A stretch of 64,000 nt of DNA from the IMG/VR virus record IMGVR_UViG_3300029258_002658, one strand, 5' to 3'. This document shows positions 46,826 to 57,128 of this stretch, piece by piece; position 1 is the stretch's first letter, and each line of letters starts with the position of its first letter. The stretch is from an uncultured virus (IMG/VR IMGVR_UViG_3300029258_002658) (lineage: Duplodnaviria > Heunggongvirae > Uroviricota > Caudoviricetes). The position numbers and the translations under genes were made by a program. The notes below the pieces were generated by a model. It saw only the letters and a program-made list of their open reading frames with translations, ran no database searches and was not told the DNA's origin.

Positions 46826-48199
46826 ATGGGCGAGTACGAATCAGTCCCGGTTGTGGATCCTGTCGAGTTCACCTCGCTGGTGTGTCAGCACCTAGGCAAT
46901 GTGAACGAAGGCGACGGTGTGCAACTCTTTGCCTACGCTGTGCGAGCGGTAGGGCAGAAGAAGGCCTCTAAGGATCCTTGGGTACGCTTCGAGCGTGATC
47001 CTAACCGGTGGAAGGGTTCCTTCAACTGGGATCCGCTGGAACAGGACAGGGATGCGGCGGATATCACTGCCTTCATGTCGAACAAGGTCGATGATCCGAA
47101 GATCAATCCTGGAGAGTTTTACTCCGTCTTGGCCCGTGATCCGATGACTCACTACGACATCGCAGAGACGGTGGTCCAAGTAGAGTGCCTGGATGACGAA
47201 GAGGACGACGAGGACACCGGAGAAGCGCAGAACCCCTTCGGAAGCCTCTTCGGGAAGGATCTCCAGCAGCGGGTTACAGGGGCTTTTGAAACGTCGATGC
47301 GCCGCTCGGTGGACAAGTTCGTTCAGAACCTGGAGCAGGGGGCAGATGGGATCGCTTCCGGTGGTTCCGTTGGTGGACCTGTAGGCTCTAGCAATCTGGT
47401 CCGTATGAGCGACGGGTCCTACGTCGCCATGGATTGGCTAGCGAGCCAACTTTCGCGCACCCAAGAAGAACGCGACATGCTCAACGCCAGGGTCGCGGAC
47501 CTGGAGAGACGGCAGCAGGACAGTGATTCCGGTCCTGATTGGGGTAACATGGCCCTGAAGCTGATTGAGAAGGTACTCGACCGTGGACCCTCGGCACTGA
47601 ACGAAGGGGACGGTGCGGCTTCGCAAGGGCAAGATCCTTTCGCAGGCCTTGGAGGCATGGTTCGGGAGGAGATCACTGGGCGGCGGGCACATCCTTCGGG
47701 AGTGTTGCAAGAGCCAACTGGGGCCGGGGTGTCTGGGCCTGCCATCGATGATCCTTTCCAGTCGGTGCTGTTCCAGCCAGGATCCCCAACCGCAGTGCAA
47801 CCGCAAAAACGTCCCGTAGGGCCTGCCCAGCCTTACGCACCGGGACCTGTGGAGGCGGGGGAGAACAATGTCATCCCCGAGCGGGCTGTCCGGGAGATGG
47901 AACCCTTCGCCTCCCACCTTTTCAACCTGCTGTTCAAGGGATTCAAGAGCGGAAACCTTGACAGCGCCCTTGACGATGCCAAACGCAACTTCGGGGACCT
48001 CGCGGACCGTCATCTTCCAGGGGGTCGAGAGACCTTGGCTATGATGTCCATGTACCCTGGCCGGTTTGCCGATCTGTGCATGGCTGCGCTACCGGAGCAT
48101 CAGCGCCTGTTCATCGTGGACCTTGCAGACATCGAAACCGAAGTGAAGGAACTCCTTGCTGAGACCATTCAGGAGTGGGGGCCTCCTCCAACCAGCTAG
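46826..48199 (+). CDS. hypothetical protein (first gene of putative structural block)
   Basis: GGAGGAG RBS; 457 aa; coiled coil and DWGNMALKLIEKVL amphipathic helix. Confidence 0.7.
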   Translation: MGEYESVPVVDPVEFTSLVCQHLGNVNEGDGVQLFAYAVRAVGQKKASKDPWVRFERDPNRWKGSFNWDPLEQDRDAADITAFMSNKVDDPKINPGEFYSVLARDPMTHYDIAETVVQVECLDDEEDDEDTGEAQNPFGSLFGKDLQQRVTGAFETSMRRSVDKFVQNLEQGADGIASGGSVGGPVGSSNLVRMSDGSYVAMDWLASQLSRTQEERDMLNARVADLERRQQDSDSGPDWGNMALKLIEKVLDRGPSALNEGDGAASQGQDPFAGLGGMVREEITGRRAHPSGVLQEPTGAGVSGPAIDDPFQSVLFQPGSPTAVQPQKRPVGPAQPYAPGPVEAGENNVIPERAVREMEPFASHLFNLLFKGFKSGNLDSALDDAKRNFGDLADRHLPGGRETLAMMSMYPGRFADLCMAALPEHQRLFIVDLADIETEVKELLAETIQEWGPPPTS

Positions 48200-48205
48200 A
48201 TCACC

Positions 48206-49735
48206 ATGACGAATCTCCGACCGAGTACAGGTAGTGTAGATCTCCGGGGCGTAGCGGCTCCGTGGGTCGAACTTGAATTGCTCAATATCGATGAGCGGTT
48301 CGTACCGGACATTACCTTGCGCGACGGGGAACTTCGCCTGCAACAACAGCAACAGCTTCCGGGCTCCTTCCGGCCTGACGTGGCAGGGAAGATGGCCGTG
48401 GATATGGCAAACCTTTACAAGAAGACCCTGATGGTCTTCCGTTGGGTTGCTTCGGCGTTGCTGCACAATGCAGGGGTGCGGGAGACACGGCCAGCGTTGC
48501 AATACCGCCAACCTGCGGTGTTAGCCCTGGCTCGGATCGTCCAAGGCAACTACCGGATCTTGACTGGCGATCAACCGGGAGAATGGCGCAATCCGCTTCG
48601 AGTCCTCGTGGAGACGGTGTACCAGGGCCTTGACACACTTTCCGACGACGAGGCCACGCTGTTCTACCTGATGCTCGTAGAGGCTATGGGTATCCCAACT
48701 CGGTTCGTGATCGTCCAACAGAACGGTAGCTACCGGGCGTACGCGGAGTGTCAGTTAGATCCCGACTCGAATAACTGGTTCCCGGTGGATCTCACCTCGG
48801 ATCAGTTGGGGGTCGCTCCTAAAGGGACAAACCGCCAGCATTTCCAGGCCCACGCTACCAAGGGTGTACCCAAGGGACGCGACTATGGACGCGCTCCGAA
48901 GGCTATTGGTCGGCTCCCGATTCGAGGGCACCTCGTGGGGTCCGGGAGAACCCAAGGGTCGCGCTTCTGGGACCGTCCGAAGATCCGCCCCATTCCGCAG
49001 TGGTTCGAGTGGCTGCGGAAGGAAGCGGAACACATTCCCGACGATCTCCATTCGCCTTTCCTCGCCAAGCAGCACTTCCCTCGGGCCAAGGGTGCTGTGG
49101 CGGAGAACCTTGGACCCTACGCCACAGGCTCGATCATCGCTTACATGACTGCCCTGTACGCCCAGCGGTACGGGTATATATTCCGGGCCATCGCTCGGGA
49201 TGCGGTGACAGCCCAAACAGGAGGGGTCTGGCCTACTGACCCAGTGCAGTTGGCGGAACTCCTGGCAAATACGGTGAGGACGATCTTTGCCTACGCAGAA
49301 GAGACCGTGGGTGTGGAAGAGACAGCCACGCCTCTGCGGATGTTCCTGACACACACTTACTACCCAGGGGTCCAGAAGTACGATTGCGACGACCTGACTG
49401 CGTGTTTCATGGCGTTAGCGGAGTCATGTGGCCTTCGCACTGGGGTGCGTCTGGCAGGCAACCCAGGGGAAACGGACAAGTTCCACGTTTACCCGTTCAT
49501 CATGCTCCAGAACGGGATGCGGCGAATCTACGACGTATCGTCGCCGCTCCCGTGGGGGCAGGAGATGGACCGGGGATCGAACTTCCAGGACTTCGTCCCT
49601 TCCCAGCCTCAGACCTACAAGATCTACCTTGACGAACAACGGCGTCGGTACGGGACAGCTGCGGGACTTCCTGTTCTGCCCCGTATCCGTGGCCGTTCGT
49701 CGGTAGCCGGATTCCTCCCCAGGAGCAAGGTATGA
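48206..49735 (+). CDS. transglutaminase-like cysteine protease (tandem: inactive N-copy plus active C-copy)
   Basis: C-copy YDCDD..AESCG..FHVYP..IYD with Cys(49385)/His(49484)/Asp(49532); N-copy LSDDEA..EAMGIPTRFVIV..YRAYAEC..WFPVDLT lacks Cys and His. Confidence 0.75.
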   Translation: MTNLRPSTGSVDLRGVAAPWVELELLNIDERFVPDITLRDGELRLQQQQQLPGSFRPDVAGKMAVDMANLYKKTLMVFRWVASALLHNAGVRETRPALQYRQPAVLALARIVQGNYRILTGDQPGEWRNPLRVLVETVYQGLDTLSDDEATLFYLMLVEAMGIPTRFVIVQQNGSYRAYAECQLDPDSNNWFPVDLTSDQLGVAPKGTNRQHFQAHATKGVPKGRDYGRAPKAIGRLPIRGHLVGSGRTQGSRFWDRPKIRPIPQWFEWLRKEAEHIPDDLHSPFLAKQHFPRAKGAVAENLGPYATGSIIAYMTALYAQRYGYIFRAIARDAVTAQTGGVWPTDPVQLAELLANTVRTIFAYAEETVGVEETATPLRMFLTHTYYPGVQKYDCDDLTACFMALAESCGLRTGVRLAGNPGETDKFHVYPFIMLQNGMRRIYDVSSPLPWGQEMDRGSNFQDFVPSQPQTYKIYLDEQRRRYGTAAGLPVLPRIRGRSSVAGFLPRSKV

Positions 49736-51921
49736 GAACCGACCAATACACCTCGGGTACACCACTGGAACTCCACGACCAGATCAACCATAGCTTGAAG
49801 CTGGTCGCGGGGCCTCCGGTTACCGCGCCTCTTCCGGTGGGTCAGAAGCGTCCTGCTACGGCGGGGGTGCCTTGCCCACCTGCGTATCCCCAGGCGTACA
49901 ATCCGGGGACGCTCATCCCTCCGGTCAGCCTGCCGTACTACAATCCCCCAATGGGGTATGATAGCTGCACCATCCCAGCGTTCTGTCGTGCTTCCGATGA
50001 GCGGATGCCCGTGCCTCCGAAGCCGGGTTGGGCGCGTCATGGTCACGGCTGCACCTGCGGAGGCTCGACGGTCGGTGCGGACTGCGAGTGCGATGCTCAG
50101 GGCTACCTTGGGGAAAACTACGTGCCGGATCGGCCTCCGATCTTCTCGGGGACGTATCGCCCGCGTAGCGTCTACGGTCCGAAGGCGACCGAGGAGAGTC
50201 TGATCGAGGCAATGCTGGTGGATCCGAAGCGGGGCACGGAAGCCGTGATCCAGTACCTCCAGCAGAAGGGCGAGGTGCCGACCACGTCCGGTCCATGCTG
50301 GCCCCCGAAGCCGTGTCGCCCGATCCGTTCCTGTGGCCCGTTGCCGGGGTACAACAGCTGCGACCCCCGTTGGTTCCGACCCCACACCCAACCACGCCGT
50401 CTTTTCTGGCTCCTCTGGACGCCAGAAACGATGCCCAACTACAAGCTACGTCGGTGTATTGCTTCGAGGCTCAATGGGCTATTCGATGCGGCGACCGAGA
50501 ACCCGAATTGCTTTGCTCCAGGGTGGCGCTACAACAATGCCGTCCATGGGCCGAAGGTCTCGCAGTCCATGACTCAGAGCCAGATCGCTTCGCTAGCCGA
50601 AGTGATGGCGGTGGAGCAAGGGTTCCCAGGAGTTAAGTCGATCATCGAAGCCAACCGAGCGGCTCTGGAGCGCGAGTTGAAGGTGCGGGGGTTCGAGATT
50701 ATCACCTTCAAAGACGGTACCCAGGTTGTGGCTGGGCCGATTCTCGACGCTACGGGTTGCGGCCACCCCGGCGAAGTTGGCTTCCTCGGGAAGCTGTTCA
50801 AGAAGGCGAAGAAGGCCATCGGCGGAGCGTTGAAGGGCGTTGGTAATGCCGTGAAGAGTGCGGCCAAGTTCGTCCACAAGAAAGTCATCAAGCCAGTAGG
50901 CAAGTTCGTAGAGCGGAACGCCAAGGGTGCGGTGAAGAAGCTGAAGCAACTGGATAAGAAGCTGGGCATCACCAAGGGCCTGAAGAAGTTCGCCAAGGGC
51001 GCAGGGTCATTCCTCAAGGACAACTGGCCTGCTTTGGCGGGGATTGCTTTGACCGCTGTGACCGGCGGGGCTGCTGCTCCTCTCCTAGGTAGCTTGGGTG
51101 CCGCAGGTGGTTCGATCCTACCCATGCTATCCAAGATCGCTCCGAGTCTTCTTGGTGGGGGTGGTTCCGCCGAGGGGGGTGGTATAGCTGATATCATCGG
51201 AAAACTCGGCTCTTCTGTCCTAGGAGGCAAAGCAGACAACCTGGGCAGCATCGTCTCGAAGGTGTTAGGAGATTCTGGTTCTTCCGGGGGTCTGATGGAA
51301 GTTCTCGGGAAGATCCTCGGAGAAGGCGAAGGAGCCTTGGCGGAAGCGGGCGAAGAGATCGAGATCGTCGCCAAGAAAGAGAGCGCCGGGAAGGGCACGG
51401 AAGCCATCGCTGCGCTGTTCGGAGGCGACGGAGGTCTGCTCGACGCTTTGGGCGGAAACGCCAAGGGTATACCGGACATCCTCCAAGCCGCTGCGGCTCC
51501 TGTCGCAGAAAAGGCTGCTAAGACCGGTGAGTTCGATTTCGCTTCCCTGTTGGCCAATCTCCAGGAGATGGCCGGGGCGATGCGTCCCGAAGGGAACGAT
51601 ACCCTCAAGAAGATCTTAGCCTCGCTGGTGGGCGCACCAGCGGTTGCTAGGTCCGTGAAACGTGTTGGTGGGGTTCCGGTCCAGGCTGTTGTTGGGGCGA
51701 CTCAGCAGGCAGCACTGGTAAGCGGAATGTCCCCTGCCAATGCGCTCGCTGTGGGACGGTCCTACGGTGAGTATTGTTCGTCTACCGGCGCTTGCGCTCC
51801 GTTCAATCCAACCGTCGAGGGATCCCTTCGGGCCGATAGGATCTCATCGTCGGGGACTAGCGTAGGAACTCCGGTACTCGTCGCACTAGCAAAGGAGAGT
51901 TGTCGCCACCTCGCTGCGTAG
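49732..51921 (+). CDS. putative virion core/membrane-penetration protein
   Basis: Cys/Pro-rich N-part, long basic amphipathic helix FLGKLFKKAKKAIGG.., Gly/Ala-rich hydrophobic segment. Confidence 0.6.
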   Translation: MRTDQYTSGTPLELHDQINHSLKLVAGPPVTAPLPVGQKRPATAGVPCPPAYPQAYNPGTLIPPVSLPYYNPPMGYDSCTIPAFCRASDERMPVPPKPGWARHGHGCTCGGSTVGADCECDAQGYLGENYVPDRPPIFSGTYRPRSVYGPKATEESLIEAMLVDPKRGTEAVIQYLQQKGEVPTTSGPCWPPKPCRPIRSCGPLPGYNSCDPRWFRPHTQPRRLFWLLWTPETMPNYKLRRCIASRLNGLFDAATENPNCFAPGWRYNNAVHGPKVSQSMTQSQIASLAEVMAVEQGFPGVKSIIEANRAALERELKVRGFEIITFKDGTQVVAGPILDATGCGHPGEVGFLGKLFKKAKKAIGGALKGVGNAVKSAAKFVHKKVIKPVGKFVERNAKGAVKKLKQLDKKLGITKGLKKFAKGAGSFLKDNWPALAGIALTAVTGGAAAPLLGSLGAAGGSILPMLSKIAPSLLGGGGSAEGGGIADIIGKLGSSVLGGKADNLGSIVSKVLGDSGSSGGLMEVLGKILGEGEGALAEAGEEIEIVAKKESAGKGTEAIAALFGGDGGLLDALGGNAKGIPDILQAAAAPVAEKAAKTGEFDFASLLANLQEMAGAMRPEGNDTLKKILASLVGAPAVARSVKRVGGVPVQAVVGATQQAALVSGMSPANALAVGRSYGEYCSSTGACAPFNPTVEGSLRADRISSSGTSVGTPVLVALAKESCRHLAA

Positions 51922-51995
51922 CACTTGTTACCGTTCGTTTTTGTGTGCCGTTGCCCTCGAAGCCTCTTAGGGGTCATAGAGGAGCGGAGGTCGAA

Positions 51996-53717
51996 ATGAA
52001 GCAGATCACCGTGGCTGGGGGCCAGCGGAGTACCTCCTCGAAGAAAGCCAAAGCCAAAAAGTCGAAGCCGAAGTCAACCTCCGGTTCTCGCCCCTCTCGC
52101 AAGAAGGGGTCGAGGCCTGGGGCGAAGAAGGCAACGACGGCTCGGACGACTTCGGGGGGATCCACAGGCTCCAAGCCGAAACCCAGAAGCAAGAAGGAGA
52201 CTACCGTGGCCGGAACAAAGTCCGTCAAGGTAATGGTCCAGCCGCCTCGGACCACGGGTGCCCGCCGCCCGGTCCAGGGGCGTCGTGGCGCAGGGCGTAA
52301 GCCCGCGACCACGGGCCAAGGCCCCATGCAGGGCCTCGCGCTGAAGCAGTTCTTCTCGAAGGAAGTCGTCCGCGCCGGTTCGCGGGGCGTCGGGATGCTC
52401 GCCGCCAACGCTGCCGGTGGGGTCCTGTCCGACTTCGTCGCGAAGGGACTCGACGCCGTGATGAAACCCGCCGCTGGCCAGAACATGGCGAAGCGGGCGA
52501 GCCTCACCAAGGTCATCACCTCACTGGCCGGGGCGTACCTCGCGTACCGCTTCCTGCCTGCCAACCGCATCCAGAAGCCCTTCCTGGCCGACATGAAGGA
52601 CGGGGCGGTTTCGATGTTCGGTCTCGCCGGACTGACGAACCTCCTCGGGTACTTCGGTGTCATCAAGCCGGAGCAGGGCGTCGGGCAGTACATCGCTGGC
52701 GACAAGTCCCTGATGGGGCTCCCGCAGGTGTTTGGTACTGCGGCCCCGGCAGCAGCCTTGGCTCAGGCGAACCAGCTGGCGAACCAGCAGGGAGACGGCG
52801 GTGCGCTGCCGGATGGCCTGCCCATGGAGGAAGGGGAAGACGTGCAAGGTATGCCGCCCTACTCCACGGACGAGACCGGCGCTGTCTTGAAGTCGTTGCA
52901 GGATGAGAAGGCTTCCCTGGACGCCGCGCTAGACGGGATCCAAGGCCCTTTTAACTACGAGCAGGAGCAGGTTTACGACTCCGCTGCCAAGCACTTGGCG
53001 TCGATGAGCGTCCCGCTAGAGATGGTGCAGTACCACCTCGACAACGGCGACCTCTATCGTGCCATCGCAGCCCTGTCGGAAGCCAAGACCTACGGCGTCG
53101 TCGCCCGCGCCCTGATTGCAGGGTTGGGTGCAGGGGCTCCTGCGGCGATGGAACCGGCGATGCAGCCCGCGATGCAGCCCGCGATGCAACCGGCGATGCA
53201 ACCGGCGATGCAGGCACCTGTTCCGGTGTCTGAGGAGATCGCGGTGGAGGATGCTCGGACGGGCGAGACGGTCATGCTACCCGCACCTTCCGTCGAGGAA
53301 GTGACCGTCGAAACCGCTCAGGGCCGTGCCCTCGACCTCGATACCCTGTATCCGTGGGCGCACTGGATCGCCAGCAACAACAAGGGGTGGTCGCCCTCCG
53401 AAGTCACCACGGCCTTCCTGCTGAACTACATCAGCAACAACGGCCACACCTGGGGCTACGGTGGCGATCAGGTGACTGCCTGGGGTGCCCAGGTGCCGCC
53501 GAACATCTCGGCCCCGTCCGCGTCCGCTGTCTCCGGTGCCAGCATGTACAACGGGAACAACTTCCTGGTGTCTGGCGCTCCGGTCGGCACCTCGCAGGGT
53601 GAGGCTCCGTCCATCGGGCTCGTCTGCTCGGGGTACGTCCACACCGCTCCTGCCGAGGCCAACGCCCTCCAGGCCACGGTCAGCGGGCTCTTCTCCACCT
53701 ACTTCGGCGGCTACTAG
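51996..53717 (+). CDS. putative major virion protein with Lys/Arg-rich N-terminus and hydrophobic helices
   Basis: GGAGG RBS; strongly C/G-ending codons; K/R/S/T-rich first ~100 aa; three hydrophobic helices. Confidence 0.65.
   Translation: MKQITVAGGQRSTSSKKAKAKKSKPKSTSGSRPSRKKGSRPGAKKATTARTTSGGSTGSKPKPRSKKETTVAGTKSVKVMVQPPRTTGARRPVQGRRGAGRKPATTGQGPMQGLALKQFFSKEVVRAGSRGVGMLAANAAGGVLSDFVAKGLDAVMKPAAGQNMAKRASLTKVITSLAGAYLAYRFLPANRIQKPFLADMKDGAVSMFGLAGLTNLLGYFGVIKPEQGVGQYIAGDKSLMGLPQVFGTAAPAAALAQANQLANQQGDGGALPDGLPMEEGEDVQGMPPYSTDETGAVLKSLQDEKASLDAALDGIQGPFNYEQEQVYDSAAKHLASMSVPLEMVQYHLDNGDLYRAIAALSEAKTYGVVARALIAGLGAGAPAAMEPAMQPAMQPAMQPAMQPAMQAPVPVSEEIAVEDARTGETVMLPAPSVEEVTVETAQGRALDLDTLYPWAHWIASNNKGWSPSEVTTAFLLNYISNNGHTWGYGGDQVTAWGAQVPPNISAPSASAVSGASMYNGNNFLVSGAPVGTSQGEAPSIGLVCSGYVHTAPAEANALQATVSGLFSTYFGGY
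53145..53213 (+). repeat. 12-bp coding tandem repeat (AMQP x ~5-6)
   Basis: GCGATGCARCCS-type units; AMEPAMQPAMQPAMQPAMQPAMQ. Confidence 0.9.
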
Positions 53718-53790
53718 TCGTTGAAGGTTTGAGATAGATTTTCCGTTCGATTCACCAGTTGCGAAACTCAATCCCACAGGAGAGAGAATC

Positions 53791-54630
53791 ATGCAGGGAC
53801 TCTTCCCCATGAACGTCGGGCAGGCCGCTCCCATGGCTGCCGTTCCCCCTCCGCCGATGGCCGCTCCGCAGGTGTACGCGGGCAACCCGAACTGCCCGGT
53901 CCCGGCCATCCAGATGTTCCAGGCCCCTCCGTGCCCGGATCCCAACAACTCGCTCCAGATCACGAAGCGCGTCTTCGAGGTCGTCAACGGGGCGTTCTTC
54001 GTGGCCGACACGGGCACGGAGATCGTCTCGGACTTCGCCGCCGATCTGGTCGCAGGTCCCGATGCCGGGGGTGTCCCCGGTGCTGGATCCTTCACCCTCG
54101 TCACGGACGCGCAGACCTTCGCGGTCGTGCGTGACGTGACCATCGCCTTCGACGCCTACGGCGCGAATGCGTTCGAGGCCGTGGAGATCACGGCGGCGCT
54201 GGAGTCCTACGCTACGTCCTTCGGGGCGCTGCTGTCGGGCGCGGTGACCATCGAGAACCAGCCCTTCCCCACCGTGATTCCCATCGCGAGCGCGATCAAG
54301 AACACGGGCGGGATCGACTCCTACTGGACCGTCGATGCGGGTGACACCTCGCTGCCCGCCGGCCACGCCAGCATCTACTACGTCGCTCCGCGCATGGAGC
54401 CGACGCACAGCCACGCCCCGGCTCCCATCGAGATCTACCTGCCCGAGAGCAGCCAGTACCCGGTGACCATCGCGGTCCCGAGTCGTGCCTCGAACGGCGG
54501 GGCGTGGAACTTCGACACGGGCGCTGGTGCCGCCGACCAGACCTTCATCTGGACGGGCGTGGTCACCATCCTCCTGGAGCAGAACACCACGCTCGGGAAC
54601 GTCCCCGGCGCGGCGTACATGGGCCGCTAG
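53791..54630 (+). CDS. candidate major capsid protein (beta-rich, jelly-roll-like)
   Basis: AGGAG RBS, extreme C/G3 codon bias, beta-strand pattern, strong terminator right after. Fold is not demonstrable by eye. Confidence 0.45.
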   Translation: MQGLFPMNVGQAAPMAAVPPPPMAAPQVYAGNPNCPVPAIQMFQAPPCPDPNNSLQITKRVFEVVNGAFFVADTGTEIVSDFAADLVAGPDAGGVPGAGSFTLVTDAQTFAVVRDVTIAFDAYGANAFEAVEITAALESYATSFGALLSGAVTIENQPFPTVIPIASAIKNTGGIDSYWTVDAGDTSLPAGHASIYYVAPRMEPTHSHAPAPIEIYLPESSQYPVTIAVPSRASNGGAWNFDTGAGAADQTFIWTGVVTILLEQNTTLGNVPGAAYMGR

Positions 54631-54661
54631 GCCTTTGTTCCAGGCTGCGTAACGCCGCTTG

Positions 54662-54704
54662 AGGGAAGCCCCGCTCACGTCTGACGTGGGCGGGGTTTTC
54701 CCTT
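54662..54704 (+). terminator. strong hairpin terminator
   Basis: AGGGAAGCCCCGCTCACGT-CTG-ACGTGGGCGGGGTTTTCCCT. Confidence 0.8.
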
Positions 54705-54769
54705 GGGCTCGAATCAGTTATGATTTCGCCAGCCCTACTTGACTGCCACTTCCTTTAGGTGAGGATGTC

Positions 54770-55774
54770 ATGCCCAGAAACCCGAACTCGCCGCCCAGTC
54801 CAGCAGCCCCTCCGCCTTCCAACCAAGCAGGCACAAGCCTGGATCCGACGCGGGTGGAGTACCCGAAGATCATTCCGATTTTCCGGGAGCCTGACAACCC
54901 TGCCGACCTCATCGTTCCGAAAGCGACACCAATCCCGGACCCGTGTGAGATCGAGATCCCCTTCCAGATTCCCCGAGGCCAACACGGGCCATTTATCTGG
55001 CAGGGCATTTACCTCATGTTGGCGGTCTTGGGTACCGAAGATGAAGCCCCGGACTACCCCTTGATCTGGGCTGACCCCGACCACGGTGTCTTCAGCGACG
55101 AAGTGGGGACGCTTTCCGGACCCCCACCGTTCATTGGGGCAGAAGAGGGCTACAACTTCACCTGCGTCTTCGATTTCGCCGGGGACCATATCTTCCGGAC
55201 CCATGTCATCCAGCGCAACGACTGGAGGGTGATGTCGGTCCATCAGGGCCTCCCCGCAGGACAGGCGGGTAAGCTGACCATCATCCGGAACAAGTGTGAC
55301 CGATTCGCTCCGGATACCACGGTCTACTTGTTCGCTGGACTCTTCGGGCGTATGGTGTACACCTTCCCACCACCCTACCCTGTGGACTCGACTACGGAAC
55401 CCATCCGTATTGTCTCGGAGATCACCGGGCCTCTGGTGTGTCCCGGTGGCACCGGCCCAGGTGTTTTCGGGCAGCCCAACATCTCGAACATCCCACTACG
55501 TCGGCGTCACCCAAGTATCGTAGACACGCTGCTGTACTCGGGGCAGCAGCACCTGTACACCCGCATCGGATGGCAGGGAGGCATTCGCTTGAACGACGAC
55601 TACATCCCGGCACGACTCTTCCACCGGTCCCGTGGAGGGCGACTGGCAGCCCCAATGCTGGTGGTCGGGGGTACCAACGTTGAAGTTGAGTTGCTCCAAC
55701 CACTGGTCCTCGATGTTGAACAGGGTGACGCCATCGGTGCCTTCGAGATCGAAGGCGGATCGTACGGCCTCTAG
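54770..55774 (+). CDS. beta-rich putative capsid/minor structural protein
   Basis: 334 aa, appears to be two beta-sandwich halves. Confidence 0.5.
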   Translation: MPRNPNSPPSPAAPPPSNQAGTSLDPTRVEYPKIIPIFREPDNPADLIVPKATPIPDPCEIEIPFQIPRGQHGPFIWQGIYLMLAVLGTEDEAPDYPLIWADPDHGVFSDEVGTLSGPPPFIGAEEGYNFTCVFDFAGDHIFRTHVIQRNDWRVMSVHQGLPAGQAGKLTIIRNKCDRFAPDTTVYLFAGLFGRMVYTFPPPYPVDSTTEPIRIVSEITGPLVCPGGTGPGVFGQPNISNIPLRRRHPSIVDTLLYSGQQHLYTRIGWQGGIRLNDDYIPARLFHRSRGGRLAAPMLVVGGTNVEVELLQPLVLDVEQGDAIGAFEIEGGSYGL

Positions 55775-55782
55775 GAGCGACC

Positions 55783-56376
55783 ATGTCCTACAGCGTCTAC
55801 TCCATCTTCGAGATCCAGCATCGCGGCCTCTTCGACCGCTGCACCATCCAACGGACACCGGCTCCGGGGACGAAGCTGTATCCACCCCTCGGCCCCTACC
55901 CTCAGAGGCTACGCGGGGGGCAGGATCCGTCGCCAGCAGGTATCCGGGATGTCTACTATTCCGACTCGTTCCGCCGTCGTGTCCGGGTAGCTCCTGGGAC
56001 ACTAGATACGGTCAACCTGGGCTTCGCACAGAAGCCGGGGAACCAGATCTCCATCGGAACGCACATCATCGACGTGGACGGCAACTACCTTGATTGGCAG
56101 GCTGTCATCAACCGCCTCGCAGGGGTCGTCTTCTTCTTGATGCTGGATAACGTCCCGATCTTCTCGATCCAGGGCTGTCCAGGTATGCCGATGCCCGGTG
56201 AGTACTACTACGTAGACCTCGATGGCGGGGAACAACTGGGTGTACTCATCGACAACACAGATCCGAACTCCACCCTCCTGGCAACTGATACGGTGGTGGT
56301 TCAGATGCTTCTCCGCGCTGATCCAGTATTCCGCATGGAAGTGGATCGCAAGGACACGCCCAACGCGCCTGTCTAA
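55783..56376 (+). CDS. beta-rich putative structural protein
   Basis: AGGAG RBS, 197 aa. Confidence 0.55.
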   Translation: MSYSVYSIFEIQHRGLFDRCTIQRTPAPGTKLYPPLGPYPQRLRGGQDPSPAGIRDVYYSDSFRRRVRVAPGTLDTVNLGFAQKPGNQISIGTHIIDVDGNYLDWQAVINRLAGVVFFLMLDNVPIFSIQGCPGMPMPGEYYYVDLDGGEQLGVLIDNTDPNSTLLATDTVVVQMLLRADPVFRMEVDRKDTPNAPV

Positions 56377-56392
56377 GAAGGAGGTCCCTGCG

Positions 56393-57034
56393 GTGAGAAC
56401 ACGGACAATCTCTATTCCGCTCGACGCGGAAGACGAAGCCCCAATAGGAGGAGCCCCTCTTGTTGAGGAGCCCGAGCCTCCGGAGGTTTCCCCACCTCCG
56501 TGGGGGGTACAACGCACGGTAACGATGCAACTGGGGGAGGAGGTGGAAGAAGCCCCGGAGGTCAAGTCCTCGCCTGCAACGCCTCCGCCTTCCAGTCCTG
56601 TTCCAGTTTCTCAACCTAAGTCAGCGCCCCCTTCCCCATCGTCAGTCCGGCCTGTGTTTTCGGTGGGCGGGGCCAAGTCCCCTTCTCCAGAATCAGCACC
56701 GAACCCTGCTTTGGTCGTGGCTACCCAGGCCATGCAAAGCGTGACGATGCTCGAACAACGGATCGGGACTATCAATACCCAGGTTCTGAAGATCCAGCAG
56801 CAGCAGATGAGCCTGTCGGCGGATCTGAACCGAATCCAGCAACAACTGGAATTGGGGAACGCCCAAGCCGCCGTGTTAGGGTGGGCGCAGAAGATGCTGG
56901 AAACGCACTACTCGGCGCTGCGGGGGTACGAGTTCTCACCCACTGTCGTTGACCAGATCCAGGAAAACTTGTCGAACGCACAGCAGCGGTTGCAAGCAGT
57001 TCGAACGGCCTTGCAACAGCAGAATACCGGGTGA
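56393..57034 (+). CDS. Pro-rich plus coiled-coil protein
   Basis: AAGGAGG RBS before GTG 56393; Gln-rich heptads. Confidence 0.6.
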   Translation: MRTRTISIPLDAEDEAPIGGAPLVEEPEPPEVSPPPWGVQRTVTMQLGEEVEEAPEVKSSPATPPPSSPVPVSQPKSAPPSPSSVRPVFSVGGAKSPSPESAPNPALVVATQAMQSVTMLEQRIGTINTQVLKIQQQQMSLSADLNRIQQQLELGNAQAAVLGWAQKMLETHYSALRGYEFSPTVVDQIQENLSNAQQRLQAVRTALQQQNTG

Positions 57035-57128
57035 CCCTCGGCGTCTTGTGGAGGGTGAGGCGCAAGGTTACGATACTCGGACCAACTCGTAGATTCAGTC
57101 CTACGGCCCTTACGCCTCGGAGAAAAAC

